A stretch of 64,000 bases of DNA, from contig JBBCJC010000005.1 of NCBI GenBank assembly GCA_037189525.1, forward strand, positions 640,001 to 704,000, given 5' to 3'. The position numbers and the translations under genes were made by a program. Positions 56,680-64,000 of this stretch are shown piece by piece (position 1 is the stretch's first letter; each line of letters begins with the position of its first letter). The DNA is from Gemmatimonadales bacterium. Lineage in GTDB: Bacteria; Gemmatimonadota; Gemmatimonadetes; Gemmatimonadales; GWC2-71-9. The notes below the pieces were generated by a model. That model did not search any database and was not told where the DNA came from. It saw nothing but the letters and a program-made list of their open reading frames with translations.

Positions 56680-59600
56680 GTACTCCCAACGTCCTCCCGC
56701 CTACCGAGCGGGAATACCTATTCATCCGGCGCCCCGTCACGGCCGCCGTGATTTCGATCGTGATCGTGCTGCTCGGCCTGTTCGCCATGCGGAGCCTGCC
56801 GATCGCCCGTTTTCCCCAGATCACCCCGCCAGCGATTCAGGTCACGGCTGTCTTTCCGGGCGCCACTGCCGAAGACGTGGCCCAGGCGGTTGCGGCCCCG
56901 ATCGAGCAGCAATTGTCGGGACTCAACGGCCTGCTCTACTTCAAGTCGGCCAATTCGTCCGACGGCGTGATGAATCTCGAAATCGTGTTCGACATCTCGC
57001 GCGACCAGGACCTGGCCGCCGTCGACGTCCAGAACGCGGTCAAGCTGGCCGAGCCGCAGTTGCCGGAAGAGGTGCGGCGGAACGGCATCGTGATTCAGAA
57101 GTCGCAGAGCGACATCCTGATGGTCGGGTCGCTCACCTCGGACGATCCGAATCACAGCATCGAGTTCATTACGAACTACGCCAAGCTCTACGTCGAGGAC
57201 GAACTCAAGCGGATTCCCGGCGTCGGCAACGCCCAGGCGTTCGGCGGCCGCGAGTTTGCCATGCAGATCAGCCTCGACCCGGATCGGATGGCGCGGCTGG
57301 GCGTCACGGTCCAGGAAGTGGCCGCTGCCATTCGCGACCAGAACGCCACCAACCCCGCCGGTCGGCTCGGCCGGCAACCGTCGCCCGAATCGACCGAGCT
57401 GACCTTTGCCGTGACCACCCGCGGACGGCTCGCGACTGCTGCGCAGTTCGACAGCGTGGTGGTGCGCGCGCGGACCGACGGCTCCCTGATCCGGGTCGGC
57501 GACGTCGGCAGCGCCAATCTCGGGGCCCGGAGCTACGATGCTACCGGTCGCCTGAACGGCAAACCGACCACCAACTTCCTGGTCAATCAGCGTCCGGGCG
57601 CCAACGCGCTCGACGTCAAGCAGGCCATCGACGACCGGATGGCCGAGTTGAGCCGGACCTTCCCGCCCGGCTTCCAATGGCAGGCCGCGTTCGACACCAC
57701 GCCGTTCATCCGTGAGTCGATCACGGAAGTCGTCAAGACACTGCTCGAAGCAATGGTGCTGGTGACGCTGGTCGTCTTCATCTTCCTGCAGAGCTGGCGC
57801 GCAACCCTGATCCCGCTCCTGGCCGTCCCGGTCAGCATCATCGGCACCTTCCTGGGCCTCCAGGCCATGGGCATGTCGATCAACACGCTGACGCTCTTCG
57901 GCCTGGTGCTCGCGATCGGTATCGTCGTCGACGACGCCATTGTGGTCATCGAAAACGTCGAACGGATCATGGCCGAAGAGCACGTGCCTCCTCGAGAAGC
58001 GGCCAATCGGGCCATGAAACAGGTCTCGGGCGCGCTGATCGCCATCGTCCTGGTGCTCTGCGCCGTGTTCGTGCCGGTTGCCTTCATCGGCGGCGTGACG
58101 GGCGAGTTCTACAAGCAGTTTGCCGTGACCATCGTGATCTCGGTGGTGCTGTCCGGCATCGTCGCGCTGACCCTGACGCCGGCGTTGTGCGCCGTCCTGT
58201 TGACGCATTCGAACGAGGACAGCACCAACAAGTACGCCCGGAAGTTCAACACCTGGTTCCATCGGGTCACCGATCGCTACCTGGGCGGCGTCGGCCGTCT
58301 GGTGGGTCGGCCGCGGCGCTGGCTGGCCATCTTCGGTGTGATGACGGTGCTCACCGTCGTGCTGGCCCGCCGGGTACCGACCGGGTTCCTGCCGACCGAA
58401 GACAAGGGCTTCTTCGTGGTCTCGATCCAGCTGCCGGACGCCGCGTCCCTGCCCCGGACCGAGGCCTTCGTCGAGCAGGTCGAAGCCATGCTCGCCAAGG
58501 AACCGGCCGTGACCAACATCACGGCCATGGTCGGACTCGACATCCTGACCCGGGCGACCCAGACCAACAGCGCCACCATGTTCGTGCGACTGGCCCCCTG
58601 GGAGGAGCGCAACGCGAATCAGAGCGTCGATGCCATCCTGGCCCGTACCAACGGCGCGCTCTGGGGCATGAAGGAAGCGATTGCCTTCGGCTTCAACTTC
58701 CCCGAGGTCCCGGGGCTCGGTACCTCCGCAGGACTCGAGCTCAATCTGCAGGCGCGTAGCGGCAGTGACATCCGCCACTTCGCGCAGCAGGCCCGTTCCT
58801 TCGTCGCGGACGCCAATCAGCTTCCGGAAATCCAGGGCGCCAACACCACGATCCGCGCCGATGTGCCCCAGGTGTATGTCGATATCGACCGGGATGCTGC
58901 CGCGGCCAAGGGTGTCAGCATCGGCTCCATTTCATCGACCATGCAGGCGCTCCTGTCGACCCTGTATGTCAACGACTTCAACCTCTATGGCCGGACCTGG
59001 CGGGTGCAGGCCGACGCGGGAGCGGCGTTCCGGCAGCATCCGGAAGACATTGCCCGCCTCTACGTCCGGGGACACGGCGGCGAGATGGTGCCGCTTGGTT
59101 CGCTGATCCGCACCGAAATGCGCACCGGGCCGAGTATGGTCACCCGGTTCAATGGATTTCCTTCGGCCATGGTGACGGCCACGCCCAAGCCGGGTAAGAG
59201 TTCGGGCGAAATGCTCGATGCGGTCGAGAACCTGGTGGCCGAGAAGTACGCGGCCGACGGGATCGGCTCGGCGTTCAGCGGCCAGTCGTTTCAGGAACGC
59301 CGCACCAGCGGTGAAGCCGGCCTGGTCTTCGTACTCGGCCTGATCCTGGTCTTCCTGGTGCTTGCCGCGCTGTACGAAAGCTGGGCAATTCCCTTTGCGG
59401 TCGTGCTGGGCGTACCGTTCGGCGTTGCAGGCGCGTATTTGGGGGTCTGGCTGCGCGGTATCCCGAGCGACATCTACTTCACGGTCGGCCTCATCACCGT
59501 CGTCGGCCTGGCCGCCAAGAACGCGATTCTGATCGTCGAGTTCGCGACGGAACTCAGGCGCAAAGGCCTTGCCGTTCGTGAAGCGGCCATGGAAGCGGCC

Positions 59601-59843
59601 CGGGAACGTTTCCGCCCCATCCTGATGACCTCGTTCGCCTTCATTCTGGGCGTGCTGCCGCTGGTGATCTCGGGCGGCGCGGGCGCGGCCGGCCGGCACT
59701 CGCTCGGCACCGGCGTGTTCTTCGGAATGCTGGCGGCCACGATCATCGGTGTCTTCTTCATTCCGCTCTTCTTCTTCGTGATCCAGCGGCTGACCGAGCG
59801 GAAACAGTCCGTGCCGGCCGGCGCCGTGGAGGAACGATCATGA
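56676..59843 (+). CDS. RND efflux inner-membrane transporter (HAE1; AcrB/MexB-like)
   Basis: FIRRP, GIVVDDAIVVIENVER, KNAILIVEFA and RFRPILMTS motifs. Confidence 0.96.
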   Translation: MSTPNVLPPTEREYLFIRRPVTAAVISIVIVLLGLFAMRSLPIARFPQITPPAIQVTAVFPGATAEDVAQAVAAPIEQQLSGLNGLLYFKSANSSDGVMNLEIVFDISRDQDLAAVDVQNAVKLAEPQLPEEVRRNGIVIQKSQSDILMVGSLTSDDPNHSIEFITNYAKLYVEDELKRIPGVGNAQAFGGREFAMQISLDPDRMARLGVTVQEVAAAIRDQNATNPAGRLGRQPSPESTELTFAVTTRGRLATAAQFDSVVVRARTDGSLIRVGDVGSANLGARSYDATGRLNGKPTTNFLVNQRPGANALDVKQAIDDRMAELSRTFPPGFQWQAAFDTTPFIRESITEVVKTLLEAMVLVTLVVFIFLQSWRATLIPLLAVPVSIIGTFLGLQAMGMSINTLTLFGLVLAIGIVVDDAIVVIENVERIMAEEHVPPREAANRAMKQVSGALIAIVLVLCAVFVPVAFIGGVTGEFYKQFAVTIVISVVLSGIVALTLTPALCAVLLTHSNEDSTNKYARKFNTWFHRVTDRYLGGVGRLVGRPRRWLAIFGVMTVLTVVLARRVPTGFLPTEDKGFFVVSIQLPDAASLPRTEAFVEQVEAMLAKEPAVTNITAMVGLDILTRATQTNSATMFVRLAPWEERNANQSVDAILARTNGALWGMKEAIAFGFNFPEVPGLGTSAGLELNLQARSGSDIRHFAQQARSFVADANQLPEIQGANTTIRADVPQVYVDIDRDAAAAKGVSIGSISSTMQALLSTLYVNDFNLYGRTWRVQADAGAAFRQHPEDIARLYVRGHGGEMVPLGSLIRTEMRTGPSMVTRFNGFPSAMVTATPKPGKSSGEMLDAVENLVAEKYAADGIGSAFSGQSFQERRTSGEAGLVFVLGLILVFLVLAALYESWAIPFAVVLGVPFGVAGAYLGVWLRGIPSDIYFTVGLITVVGLAAKNAILIVEFATELRRKGLAVREAAMEAARERFRPILMTSFAFILGVLPLVISGGAGAAGRHSLGTGVFFGMLAATIIGVFFIPLFFFVIQRLTERKQSVPAGAVEERS

Positions 59844-61282
59844 TCCGCTCGCTCCGCATTCTCATTCCGGTCGCCCTGGCGGCCGGCTGCGCCGTGGGTC
59901 CGTCGCCGCGCGTGCGGCCGGAACCGATTGCGCCGCTCCGAACCGCAGCCGGGGATGATGCTCCCCGGCCGCTGCTCGACTCACTCGTCACGGCCAACCT
60001 GCCCGCCACCGGCCCGCTCGTGCTGGCCGACGATCCGGCGGCGGTCGCGCTCCAGTGGCTCGATGTCGTCAACGATCCGGCGCTCGCAACCTTGGTACGT
60101 ACGGCGGTCGAACGGAATCTCGACCTGCAGGCCGCCGCAGCCCGAGTGCGCGAGTATCGCGCTCTCTTCGGCGCCGCCCGGGGCGAACTGCTGCCCCGGC
60201 TCGATGCCAACGGGTCCTATAGTACCAACCAGGCCGTCTTCGGCTCGCTCGGTGCGATGCAGTACGACGCCGTGCGGATCTCGGCCGACCTGCAATGGGA
60301 GCTCGATTTCTGGGGCAAGCTGCGGCGGCAGACCCAGGCCGCGCGCTTCGACTGGGGCGCCCGGGAGGACGACCGTCAGGCGATCCTGCTCAGCCTGGTG
60401 AGCGATGTGGTCACCGCGTACCTCGAGTTGCGCGAACTGGACGAAAACGTCCGCGTCACCGAGCAGACGTTGGCGAGTCGCGAAGCAACCCTGCGCCTGG
60501 CTCGTCAGCGCTTTGCGCAGGGGGTCATTTCCGAGCTCGACGTCCGGCAGTTCGAAGCCGAACTGGCCGGTCCCGCGGCGCGAGTGGCCGAGTTCATTCG
60601 GTTGCGGACGCAGAAGGAGAACCAGCTCTCGGTGCTGCTGGGCCAGGCGCCTCAGCCCATCGTGCGCGGATTACCGCTCGATTCGACCGTCCGGAAGATC
60701 ACGCCGCCCGATTCGATCTCGTCGAGCCTCCTGGCCCGTCGGCCCGATGTGATGCGGGCCACCAAGTCCTGGTCGGCCGCGGCAGCACGGGTCGGCGTCG
60801 CGGTCGGAAACCGGTTGCCGCGCATTGCGCTGACCGGATCGTACGGCACCCAGCAGCCCGATTTCAGCGGCCTGTTTGCCACCAACGGCGAGGTCTATGC
60901 CGCCGGTGTCAACGTCTCGCTGCCGCTGTTTACCGGCGGACGCCTGCTCAACCAGCAGCGGGCGGCGGCGGCACGCGCCGATCAGGCGCGGATCGACTAC
61001 GAGCGCACGGTGCTGACCGCGCTGCGCGAAGCCAACGACGCGCTCTCGTCGGTCCGTCTCTCACGCCAGCAGTTGGCCGCGCAGCTGACTCAGACCCAGG
61101 CGCTCCGGCGCGCCGTTACGCTGGCTGAGCAGCGCTATGAAGCGGGGATTTCGAGTTACCTCGAGGTGCTCGATGCCCAGCGCGGCCTCTATGCAGCCGA
61201 ACTGGGCTTAGTCCAGACGCAGCGTCAGACGCTGACCACGACGGTCCAGTTGTACAAGGCGTTCGGCGGCAACTGGCAGTAG
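59840..61282 (+). CDS. Outer membrane efflux factor (OprM/NodT-like), lipoprotein
   Basis: LAAGC lipobox, WELDFWG, RRPDV and LYKAFGGNW motifs. Confidence 0.94.
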   Translation: MIRSLRILIPVALAAGCAVGPSPRVRPEPIAPLRTAAGDDAPRPLLDSLVTANLPATGPLVLADDPAAVALQWLDVVNDPALATLVRTAVERNLDLQAAAARVREYRALFGAARGELLPRLDANGSYSTNQAVFGSLGAMQYDAVRISADLQWELDFWGKLRRQTQAARFDWGAREDDRQAILLSLVSDVVTAYLELRELDENVRVTEQTLASREATLRLARQRFAQGVISELDVRQFEAELAGPAARVAEFIRLRTQKENQLSVLLGQAPQPIVRGLPLDSTVRKITPPDSISSSLLARRPDVMRATKSWSAAAARVGVAVGNRLPRIALTGSYGTQQPDFSGLFATNGEVYAAGVNVSLPLFTGGRLLNQQRAAAARADQARIDYERTVLTALREANDALSSVRLSRQQLAAQLTQTQALRRAVTLAEQRYEAGISSYLEVLDAQRGLYAAELGLVQTQRQTLTTTVQLYKAFGGNWQ

Positions 61283-61300
61283 CCGAGCGTCGGCGCGGTG

Positions 61301-61340
61301 CCCCGGTCGCCCATCGACCGGGGGGCCCGCCTCTTTCTTT
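61301..61340 (+). terminator. Probable intrinsic terminator of the RND operon
   Basis: CCCCGGTCG-cccat-CGACCGGGG followed by a pyrimidine tract. Confidence 0.55.
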
Positions 61341-61411
61341 ACCATCAGCGACCGCCGGCCGGCTCGATGGCCGCGACGAACGGCCCAGTGCATCGGGAGA
61401 CGGCTCCGCGA

Positions 61412-61720
61412 CTATGCGGCGACCAACGGCTCGATCTTCTTGATTGCTTTGGCAGCCGGCGCGCGCATGGCATGCCACAGATCCCAGTCTTGCTGCAAGC
61501 CAAGCCAGAAATCAGCCGGCATACCCGTCGCCTGAGCAAAGCGCAGAGCGGTGTCCGGTGTCACACCTCGCTTTCCCCGAACAATCTCATGGAGGCGCAC
61601 AAATGAGACGCCAATTCGGCGCGCAAAGGCGCTCTGGCTTTCGTTGTACTCCTCCAGGAACTCCTTGAGCAGCATCTCCCCAGGATGGGTCGGGGGGCGA
61701 TTCGTTGGCAAGCGCGGCAT
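61412..61720 (-). CDS. higA: HigA family antitoxin (HTH-XRE)
   Basis: PTHPGEMLLKEFL, GKRGVTPDTALR and FWLGLQ motifs; SD AGGAGG. Confidence 0.93.
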   Translation of the reverse strand: MPRLPTNRPPTHPGEMLLKEFLEEYNESQSAFARRIGVSFVRLHEIVRGKRGVTPDTALRFAQATGMPADFWLGLQQDWDLWHAMRAPAAKAIKKIEPLVAA

Positions 61721-61747
61721 GAGAACACAGCCTCCTGCAATGTGTAT

Positions 61748-61804
61748 CTATAACGCATGTCGTTATTACGACTTGTATTATACACCGTTCTCGGCGCCAT
61801 ACAA
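61748..61804 (-). promoter_or_regulatory. higA promoter (TTGTAT-N16-TATAAT) with downstream palindromic operator
   Basis: -35 at 61804-61799, -10 at 61782-61777; operator ATAACG-catgt-CGTTAT at 61750-61766. Confidence 0.7.
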
Positions 61805-61841
61805 CGGCAAGAGAACGTAGCGCCCCCAACTAGACCGAACC

Positions 61842-61870
61842 TTGAGCGCTATAACATATAGCGTTACACT
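61842..61870 (+). promoter_or_regulatory. higB promoter (TTGAGC-N17-TACACT) with overlapping operator
   Basis: Operator CTATAAC-atatagc-GTTAC at 61849-61867, same TAAC-N7-GTTA geometry as the higA site. Confidence 0.7.
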
Positions 61871-61877
61871 GCCGCCA

Positions 61878-62167
61878 ATGATCCAGTCCTTCTTGAATGA
61901 GGGTACTGCCGACATCTTCGACGGCAAGGATACGGCCGCCGCCCGAAAGGTGTGCCCGTCCAACCTCGTAGACGTCGCCCGCCGCAAGCTGGATCTCGTC
62001 AACCGTGCAGTACACGTTTCCGACCTTCGCATCCCACCAGGAAATCGTCTCGAGAAGCTGAAACGGAACCGCGAAGGAGCATGGAGCATTCGAATCAACG
62101 ATCAGTACCGAGTCTGCTTCCGATGGGACAAAGGCGCCCATGATGTCGAATCACCGACTATCACTAG
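61878..62167 (+). pseudogene. higB: HigB-like (RelE/ParE superfamily) toxin with an apparent 1-nt deletion near the 3' end; as sequenced the ORF reads on to 62204
   Basis: MIQSF...ARRKL...LRIPPGNRLEKL...WSIRINDQYRVCFRW; adding one A at 62150 restores VEITDYH-stop. Confidence 0.8.
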
Positions 62168-62235
62168 GATGCGACCCGAAGGAGGGCCGACAGCGGATGG
62201 ATGAGCACAGAACTGCCAAGAGAGTGGCAATTAGA

Positions 62236-62261
62236 ACGAAAACGCGCCCCGATGGGGCGCG
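62236..62261 (-). terminator. Intrinsic terminator of the tRNA cluster
   Basis: Minus strand CGCGCCCC-atc-GGGGCGCG-TTTTCGT. Confidence 0.7.
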
Positions 62262-62316
62262 CGATGTCGTTTTCGATGTCGTTGAGAATAAAGGACTTAT
62301 GCTTGCGACTGCTGAA

Positions 62317-62389
<73 letters not shown>

Positions 62390-62406
62390 GTCGTTCCTCG
62401 TATCGA

Positions 62407-62478
62407 TGACCCCAACGGGAATCGAACCCGTATTACCACCTTGAAAGAGTGGTGTCCTAACCGTTAGACGATGGGGCC
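62407..62478 (-). tRNA. tRNA-Glu(TTC)
   Basis: Anticodon arm CCACT-CTTTCAA-GGTGG. Confidence 0.95.
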
Positions 62479-62495
62479 GGGGTCGCTCGGTCGAG

Positions 62496-62568
<73 letters not shown>

Positions 62569-62597
62569 ATATATGTCGTACCCACTGCCTTACTCCA

Positions 62598-62670
62598 CAG
62601 GCCCGGAGGGAATCGAACCCCCAACCCCCGGTTTTGGAGACCGGTGCTCTACCAGTTGAGCTACGGACCT
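62598..62670 (-). tRNA. tRNA-Trp(CCA)
   Basis: Anticodon arm CCGGT-CTCCAAA-ACCGG. Confidence 0.95.
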
Positions 62671-62708
62671 AAGCCCACCTTATCCTCGCCCCACCAACTT
62701 CCTGCGAG

Positions 62709-62783
62709 GGTGGCTGACGGGAATCGAACCCGCAACCTCCGGAACCACAATCCGGCGCTCTAACCGATTGAGCTACAACCACC
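62709..62783 (-). tRNA. tRNA-His(GTG) with encoded G-1
   Basis: Anticodon arm CCGGA-TTGTGGT-TCCGG; G-1:C73 pair. Confidence 0.95.
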
Positions 62784-62800
62784 ACGTTGTGGAGCCCGAA

Positions 62801-62830
62801 AAACTACGCGCGTAACCGCCTCATGGTCAA
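62801..62830 (-). promoter_or_regulatory. Putative sigma70 promoter of the tRNA cluster
   Basis: Minus strand TTGACC-N18-TAGTTT, ending 17 nt upstream of tRNA-His. Confidence 0.6.
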
Positions 62831-63111
62831 CCCCTTAGCCGCCTAGGGCACCACCCGGCATCCCAACGCCCGACCACGGGCCTGGAACTTGCCAACCCAC
62901 TCAGGTGTGGAAAGTTATTTGACGGTCGCATACGGCAGCGGCTCGGCCGGTTTCCGGCCCGGAAATGCGCCAGATTCGACTGCGACAAAAGAACATAACT
63001 AGCTGTAAAAACAAATAGATACGCAGTGGAAGATCACCCGGATTCTCGCAAGAGGACCGGCGCAGGACGACGGAAGTAACTCACAAGAAGTCGTACACTT
63101 GGAGGACGCAT

Positions 63112-64000
63112 ATGCAGTGGCGTTCAGCCCGTGTTTGGGGTCGCGCAGTTCCTTTGCTTGCCGCGATGGTCGTGGCAGGCTGCAGCCAGGATGGGCCCAC
63201 CGGGCCACGGATTGCGAATCTCTCGATCGCATCCCCGAACCCGCAGTCCGGCCCGATCGGCGGCCTGCTCCCCCAACCGCTTACGGTACGGGTCCTGGAC
63301 CAGCGCCAGGAGCCGATCTCCGGCGCGGTAGTCTCCTTCTCCGTGACCGCCGGTAACGGCACCATCGGGGCAGCCAGCGACACCAGCGACGCCGACGGCT
63401 ACGCACAGGTGACCTTCCGGGTCGGCTCCTCGGTGGGCGCCCAGACTGTTGCCGCGTCCCTGCCCGGCCAATCCCCGGTCTCCTTCCTCATCAACGCCAC
63501 CTCGGCGCCGGCCAGTCTGGTCCAGATCGTCGAGGGCGATGCGCAAAGTGCCCAGGTCGGCAGCGAGCTCGAGAAAGAGCTGGTCGCCCGGGTAACCGAC
63601 GCCTTCGGCAACCCCAAGGTCGGTGTGCCGCTGTCGTTCGCGGTCACCAGCGGCGGCGGCACCGTCTCGGCGGCAACCGTGCTGACCGACCAGGAGGGCC
63701 TGGGTAAGATCCGCTGGACCCTCGGCATCATCGCCGGGACCCAGCTCGTCAGCGCCTCGACGGGGGCCATTCCCCCGGTCACGTTCAGCGCGACAGGTAT
63801 CGCCGATTCGCCCGCCCAGGTCCTCGTCGTGAGCGGCGGAAACCAGGTGGGTACCCCCGGCGCTGCCCTCCCAGACTCGATCGTCGTCCGCGTGGTCGAC
63901 CGCTTCGGCAACGGCGTGGGTGGCGTCACCGTGAACTGGACGCCTACAGAGGGAGCCGGTACGGTCAGTCCGAGCAGTTCCGTCACCAACGCCACCGGTC
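63112..64000 (+). CDS. Lipoprotein with tandem bacterial Ig-like (Big_1/invasin-type) domains (runs off the window edge)
   Basis: Not in the ORF track. SD GGAGG, ATG at 63112, MQWRSARVWGRAVPLLAAMVVAGC lipobox; repeats of VRV.D..GNP..GV.V.F.V..G.G...TD..G.A. Confidence 0.85.
   Translation, partial: MQWRSARVWGRAVPLLAAMVVAGCSQDGPTGPRIANLSIASPNPQSGPIGGLLPQPLTVRVLDQRQEPISGAVVSFSVTAGNGTIGAASDTSDADGYAQVTFRVGSSVGAQTVAASLPGQSPVSFLINATSAPASLVQIVEGDAQSAQVGSELEKELVARVTDAFGNPKVGVPLSFAVTSGGGTVSAATVLTDQEGLGKIRWTLGIIAGTQLVSASTGAIPPVTFSATGIADSPAQVLVVSGGNQVGTPGAALPDSIVVRVVDRFGNGVGGVTVNWTPTEGAGTVSPSSSVTNATG

Noticed and set aside
56718..58778. 686-aa minus-strand ORF
   Set aside because: Antisense shadow of the RND transporter.
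62277..62300. GTCGTTGAGAATAAAGGACTTA as a dif/Xer site
   Set aside because: Only a loose inverted repeat; it does not match the XerC/XerD 11-6-11 consensus.
61283..62316. Integrated element at the tRNA-Lys 3' end carrying higA/higB
   Set aside because: No integrase and no duplicated tRNA 3' end (att site) found by eye, and the tRNA terminator is intact. At most an old remnant.

Overview
GC-rich bacterial chromosomal segment. It is probably Gemmatimonadota, inferred from the Ig-like repeat lipoproteins, the carboxypeptidase-regulatory/TonB-plug protein and the many secreted amidohydrolases; this is not proven. It holds about 58 CDSs and 8 tRNAs (Thr-CGT, Leu-GAG, Arg-TCG, and a Lys-CTT/Glu-TTC/Glu-CTC/Trp-CCA/His-GTG cluster). 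I saw no CRISPR array, integrase or transposase. Most genes are catabolic or envelope functions: serine hydrolases, amidohydrolases, a copper/cytochrome-oxidase assembly group (SURF1, SCO, CtaG, CopD), a GntR-associated acylase/dehydrogenase/BKACE/permease cluster, galE, and a TetR-controlled RND efflux operon. The best candidate for an undescribed system is the minus-strand cassette at 51505-54733. It encodes a small protein ending in a CPPYC motif, a 7-TM membrane protein, a sensor-less HisKA_3 kinase, a NarL-type regulator and a Cys-rich target gene. A 30-bp element (29/30 identical) lies upstream of both the cassette and the target gene, which fits an autoregulated, possibly peptide-signalling circuit. 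Also notable is a divergently arranged higA/higB pair, each gene with its own promoter and operator, where a 1-nt frameshift removes the toxin's DYH terminus. All product calls come from motifs read by eye; no database searches were run.
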